Origin: an uncultured Dehalococcoidales bacterium
GTDB lineage: Bacteria; Chloroflexota; Dehalococcoidia; Dehalococcoidales; BS750m-G39
DNA: 64,000 bases
NCBI GenBank assembly: GCA_964505425.1
Contig: CAZDHX010000004.1
Location: 17,722 to 81,721 of the forward strand
Direction: 5' to 3'
The translations under genes and the position numbers were made by a program. Under the pieces are notes generated by a model. The model was not told the origin of the DNA, made no database searches, and saw only the letters and a program-made list of their open reading frames with translations. This document shows positions 61,033 through 64,000 of this stretch, in pieces (the first letter of the stretch is position 1; the number at the start of each line of letters is the position of its first letter).

Positions 61033-61764
61033 ATGAAGCTATTTGTCATCTTTCCTGCTCGGAATGAGAGCAAGACTATAGCTCAGTGCATTGAAACCGC
61101 CAAGAAAAGCAAATATGAGCCGGAGGTACTGGTGGTTGACGGTTTCTCATCAGATACCACCAAGAAAGAGGCTACTAATGCTGGTGCCATAGTCATAGAC
61201 CAGAGCGAAGGCGTCTACCCGGGTAAGGGTAGAGCCCTTAAGGACGGTATAAGGGAGGTAATTAGGAGGGGGGCGGATTACATCCTGTTTCTGGATGCCG
61301 ATATTGTCAATCTGACGCCGGAATGGGTCAACAAATTAGCTGAGCCCGTGATTGAAAAAGACTTTGATATGTCACGGGGCTATTACCGAAGAGCCGAATA
61401 TGACGGTGCCGTTACCAAGCTGGTAGCCAGGCCGCTTTCCTGGGTCTTCTTCCCTGAGATTTCTCACTTTGAACAGCCGCTCTCCGGCGAAATATGTGCC
61501 ACCACTGAACTGTTCAAGAGCCTGCTTGATAGCCGAGACTGGCCCGATGGCTGGGGCATAGATATCTGGCTATTAGTAGAGTCTGCCATGAAGGACTACC
61601 AGATTGTTGAGGTATATTTAGGGACCAAGGTGCACACCTCCAGACAGGACTACCTGGCTGATGTGGTCAGACTGGCCAAGATGGCAGAGCAGGTATCGCT
61701 GACGACCTTCAAGGAAGCGATAAAATACAAACGGGTAGATAACGTAAAAAAGGTCCAACTGTAG
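61033..61764 (+). CDS. Family-2-type glycosyltransferase (glucosyl-3-phosphoglycerate synthase-like)
   Basis: Motifs VIFPARNESKTI, LFLDADI (DxD) and QPLSGE. I prefer the ATG at 61033 over 61006. Confidence 0.7.
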   Translation: MKLFVIFPARNESKTIAQCIETAKKSKYEPEVLVVDGFSSDTTKKEATNAGAIVIDQSEGVYPGKGRALKDGIREVIRRGADYILFLDADIVNLTPEWVNKLAEPVIEKDFDMSRGYYRRAEYDGAVTKLVARPLSWVFFPEISHFEQPLSGEICATTELFKSLLDSRDWPDGWGIDIWLLVESAMKDYQIVEVYLGTKVHTSRQDYLADVVRLAKMAEQVSLTTFKEAIKYKRVDNVKKVQL

Positions 61765-61779
61765 CCACTTGGTATTTTA

Positions 61780-61854
61780 TGGTGGGCTCGGTAGGACTCG
61801 AACCTACGACCAAGCGGTTATGAGCCGCCCGCTCTGCCACTGAGCTACGAGCCC
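61780..61854 (-). tRNA. tRNA with CAU anticodon (elongator Met or Ile2), CCA encoded
   Basis: Reverse complement gggctcg-ta-gctc...gagc-g-ggcgg-ctcataa-ccgct-tggtc-gtagg-ttcgagt-cctac-cgagccc-a-cca. It has a G1-C72 pair and lacks the GGG/CCC anticodon stem, so it is not an initiator tRNA. Confidence 0.85.
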
Positions 61855-61908
61855 GCATAGGCAGAGGAAATTATACTACTTCGGGGCGCGGCTAACAAGC
61901 CAGAGGAC

Positions 61909-64000
61909 CTACGCTCTCTCCACCCTAACCGCACAGACTTTATACTCCGGTATCTTGGCTACCGGGTCAACTACCGGGTTGGTCAACATGTTTGCCGGGC
62001 TCTCGGCAAAGTGGAAGGTCATAAATACCACCCCCACCGGCGAGGTCTCAGTTACTCTGGCTTTGGTTTTTACCTCTCCCCGTCTGGAGACGACCTTAAC
62101 CGTCTCACCATCCTTTACCCCTAAAGCCTTAGCATCAGCCGGGTTTACCTCTATCCCCTCCCCTTTCAGCATATTAAGTCCCTCTACCCTCCGTGTCATA
62201 GTGCCGGTATGAAAATGATACAGGCTCCGCCCCGTGGTCAGCACCAGGGGATATTCTTTATCCGGCAGCTCCGCCGGCGGCTTATACTCAAGGGGGATAA
62301 ACTTGCCCTTACCCCGGGTGAACTGCCTGCTATGAAGGATGGGCGTCCCGGGGTGGTCTCTGGTCGGGCATGGCCACTGCAGTCCGCCTTTTTCCAGACG
62401 TTTATAGCCGATACCGCCGTAGCTGGGGGTGAGTGAGGCTATCTCATCCATTATCTGGGAGGGATTTCTAAAATCAAAGCCCTTCCCCATCCTCTTCCCA
62501 AGCTGACAGGTAATCCACCAATCGGGCTTGGAGCTGCCTATCGGCTCTATCGCCTTTCTTACCCTCTGCACCCTTCTTTCGGTATTGGTGAAGGTGCCAT
62601 CTTTTTCGGCAAAGCTCGCCCCGGCTAAGACGACATCAGCCAGCTGGGCAGTCTCGGAGGGAAATATGTCCTGGACGACAAGAAATTCAAGTTTTGCCAG
62701 CGCCTCACGGGCGTGGCTAATGTCAGGCTCACTGAGCGAGGGGTTTTCGCCGATAATGTAGAGCGCCTTTATCTTGCCACGGTAGGCGGCATCAAATATC
62801 TCGGTTATGGTCAGCCCAGGGGTCGGATTTAGCTTGCCGCCCCAGGCTTGCTCAAACTTCTTCCTGACATCAGGGTCACCGACCGCCTGATAGCCGGGAT
62901 AGACGCTAGGCAGGGCGCCCACGTCACAGGCACCCTGGACATTGTTCTGACCGCGGAGGGGGTTTACCCCGGTTGACGGCTTGCCGACATTGCCGGTGAG
63001 CATGGCTAAATTAGCGGTAGCAATGACGTTGTCGGTGCCGTGGGAGTGCTGAGTGATGCCCATAGAATATAGAATAGAGGACGGCTTGCTGGTAGCATAT
63101 ACTCTGGCGGCTTCAACGAGCTTCTCTTTGGGCACACCGGTAGTACGCTCCACAAAGTCAAGGTCAAAGCCCTTCAGCAAGCGCTTAAAGGCCTCAAAAT
63201 TTTCACACCTCTCCTTGATAAAGCCGAGGTCAAGGAGCTTTTCATCAACGATGACCTTCGCCATCCCCATGAGCAGGGCGACATCGCTCCCCGGCTTGTG
63301 CCGGAGCCAGGTATGGCTGAAGCGCACCAGGTCAATCTCCCTGGGGTTGGCAACAATTAGCTTTGCTCCGTTGTTTACCGCCCGCTTTACCTCAAGCCCG
63401 ATTATGGGGTGGGCTTCGGTGGTGTTGGTGCCGATAGCCAGGATGCACCCGGCGTCTCTTATCTCGTTTATGGAGTTGGTCATCGCCCCGCTACCAAAAC
63501 TCTGCGCCAGACCGGCGACAGTTGGGGCGTGGCAGAGGCGGGCGCAGTGGTCAACATTGTTTGTCCCCAGAACAGCCCGGGCGAACTTCTGGGCAATATA
63601 GTTTTCTTCATTGGTGCCCTTGGCTGAGGTAATCACCGCTACCTCTTCTGGTTTATAACCGCCAAGCCTCTGGGCAACAAGCTCCAAAGCCTCATCCCAG
63701 CCTGCCTCGGTAAACTCACCGTCTTTCTTGATAAGGGGGGATTTCAGGCGGTCGGGGTGGTGAACAAAGTCAAAGCCATACCTCCCCTTGACACATAGCC
63801 AGCCGTTATTAACGGTGCCATCTCTCTTGCCGCGGACACCTACTAACTGCCCGTGACGGGTGCCCAGATAAATTCCACAGCCAACCCCACAATAGGGACA
63901 GGTGGATGCCACTTCTTCTACCGGTCGCTCAGCTTTTTTAGGCATAAGGGCAGCCACCGGGCAATGGGCAACGCACTCCCCGCAGGAGACGCAATTTGAC
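61909..64000 (-). CDS. Formate dehydrogenase alpha-subunit-like molybdopterin oxidoreductase, Cys-type. The N-terminus lies beyond the right edge.
   Basis: Motifs TCPYCGVGCG and DHCARLCHAPTVAGL (Cys where Sec-type enzymes have U). The frame stays open upstream of the track's GTG at 63957 and encodes ...NCVSCGECVAHCPVAAL, a 4Fe-4S motif, so the gene continues past 64000. Confidence 0.85.
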   Translation of the reverse strand, partial: SNCVSCGECVAHCPVAALMPKKAERPVEEVASTCPYCGVGCGIYLGTRHGQLVGVRGKRDGTVNNGWLCVKGRYGFDFVHHPDRLKSPLIKKDGEFTEAGWDEALELVAQRLGGYKPEEVAVITSAKGTNEENYIAQKFARAVLGTNNVDHCARLCHAPTVAGLAQSFGSGAMTNSINEIRDAGCILAIGTNTTEAHPIIGLEVKRAVNNGAKLIVANPREIDLVRFSHTWLRHKPGSDVALLMGMAKVIVDEKLLDLGFIKERCENFEAFKRLLKGFDLDFVERTTGVPKEKLVEAARVYATSKPSSILYSMGITQHSHGTDNVIATANLAMLTGNVGKPSTGVNPLRGQNNVQGACDVGALPSVYPGYQAVGDPDVRKKFEQAWGGKLNPTPGLTITEIFDAAYRGKIKALYIIGENPSLSEPDISHAREALAKLEFLVVQDIFPSETAQLADVVLAGASFAEKDGTFTNTERRVQRVRKAIEPIGSSKPDWWITCQLGKRMGKGFDFRNPSQIMDEIASLTPSYGGIGYKRLEKGGLQWPCPTRDHPGTPILHSRQFTRGKGKFIPLEYKPPAELPDKEYPLVLTTGRSLYHFHTGTMTRRVEGLNMLKGEGIEVNPADAKALGVKDGETVKVVSRRGEVKTKARVTETSPVGVVFMTFHFAESPANMLTNPVVDPVAKIPEYKVCAVRVERA

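Noticed and set aside
1-64000. Search for CRISPR arrays, long tandem repeats, IS elements, integrases, toxin-antitoxin pairs, reverse transcriptases or recognisable defence-system genes
   Set aside because: I saw none while reading the intergenic regions and all track ORFs. The largest non-coding stretches (23965-24519, 26256-26489, 34430-34669, 41745-42140, 60819-61032) contain only promoters, hairpins, short repeats and tRNAs.

Overview
This 64-kb window holds about 67 protein-coding genes and 6 tRNAs. I saw no rRNA, CRISPR array, transposase, integrase or phage genes. All calls come from reading the supplied ORF translations and the raw sequence by eye; no database search was run, so family names rest on recognised motifs and DUF labels are recalled from memory.

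Gene content points to an anaerobic bacterium: HdrA plus an Flx-like NAD(P)H module, MetF, a Cys-type formate dehydrogenase, rubrerythrin, the DapL lysine route, an archaeal-type phosphoglycerate mutase and a lipoprotein-type TRAP binding protein. It may be Chloroflexota-like, but that cannot be proven here.

Roughly 25-52 kb is housekeeping: acs, glnA, folC, ftsA-ftsZ, metF, sod, and dxs-pgk-apgM-tpiA-miaA-dapF-dapL-hflX.

The accessory content is aryl or heteroaryl catabolism spread over four loci:
- A truncated dehydratase/BCR-family gene sits at the left edge, next to hdrA and a convergent flxDCBA-like cluster.
- A benzoate-CoA-ligase-family gene lies at 7.3 kb.
- A 15-kb, 12-gene minus-strand operon (9.1-24.0 kb) combines a TRAP transporter, UbiD, UPF0261, a split PEP-synthase-like dikinase, a guanidino-modifying-fold enzyme, an amidohydrolase and a three-subunit Mo-hydroxylase. 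It lies behind a near-consensus promoter and a leader hairpin, divergent from a marR-type gene.
- A paaX-led operon (52.8-60.8 kb) encodes a four-subunit benzoyl-CoA-reductase-like enzyme, a ferredoxin and an 832-aa multi-domain NAD(P)H oxidoreductase whose C-terminus looks like a GIY-YIG module.

The 12-gene operon is my best candidate for an undescribed pathway. Its substrate cannot be deduced from sequence alone.
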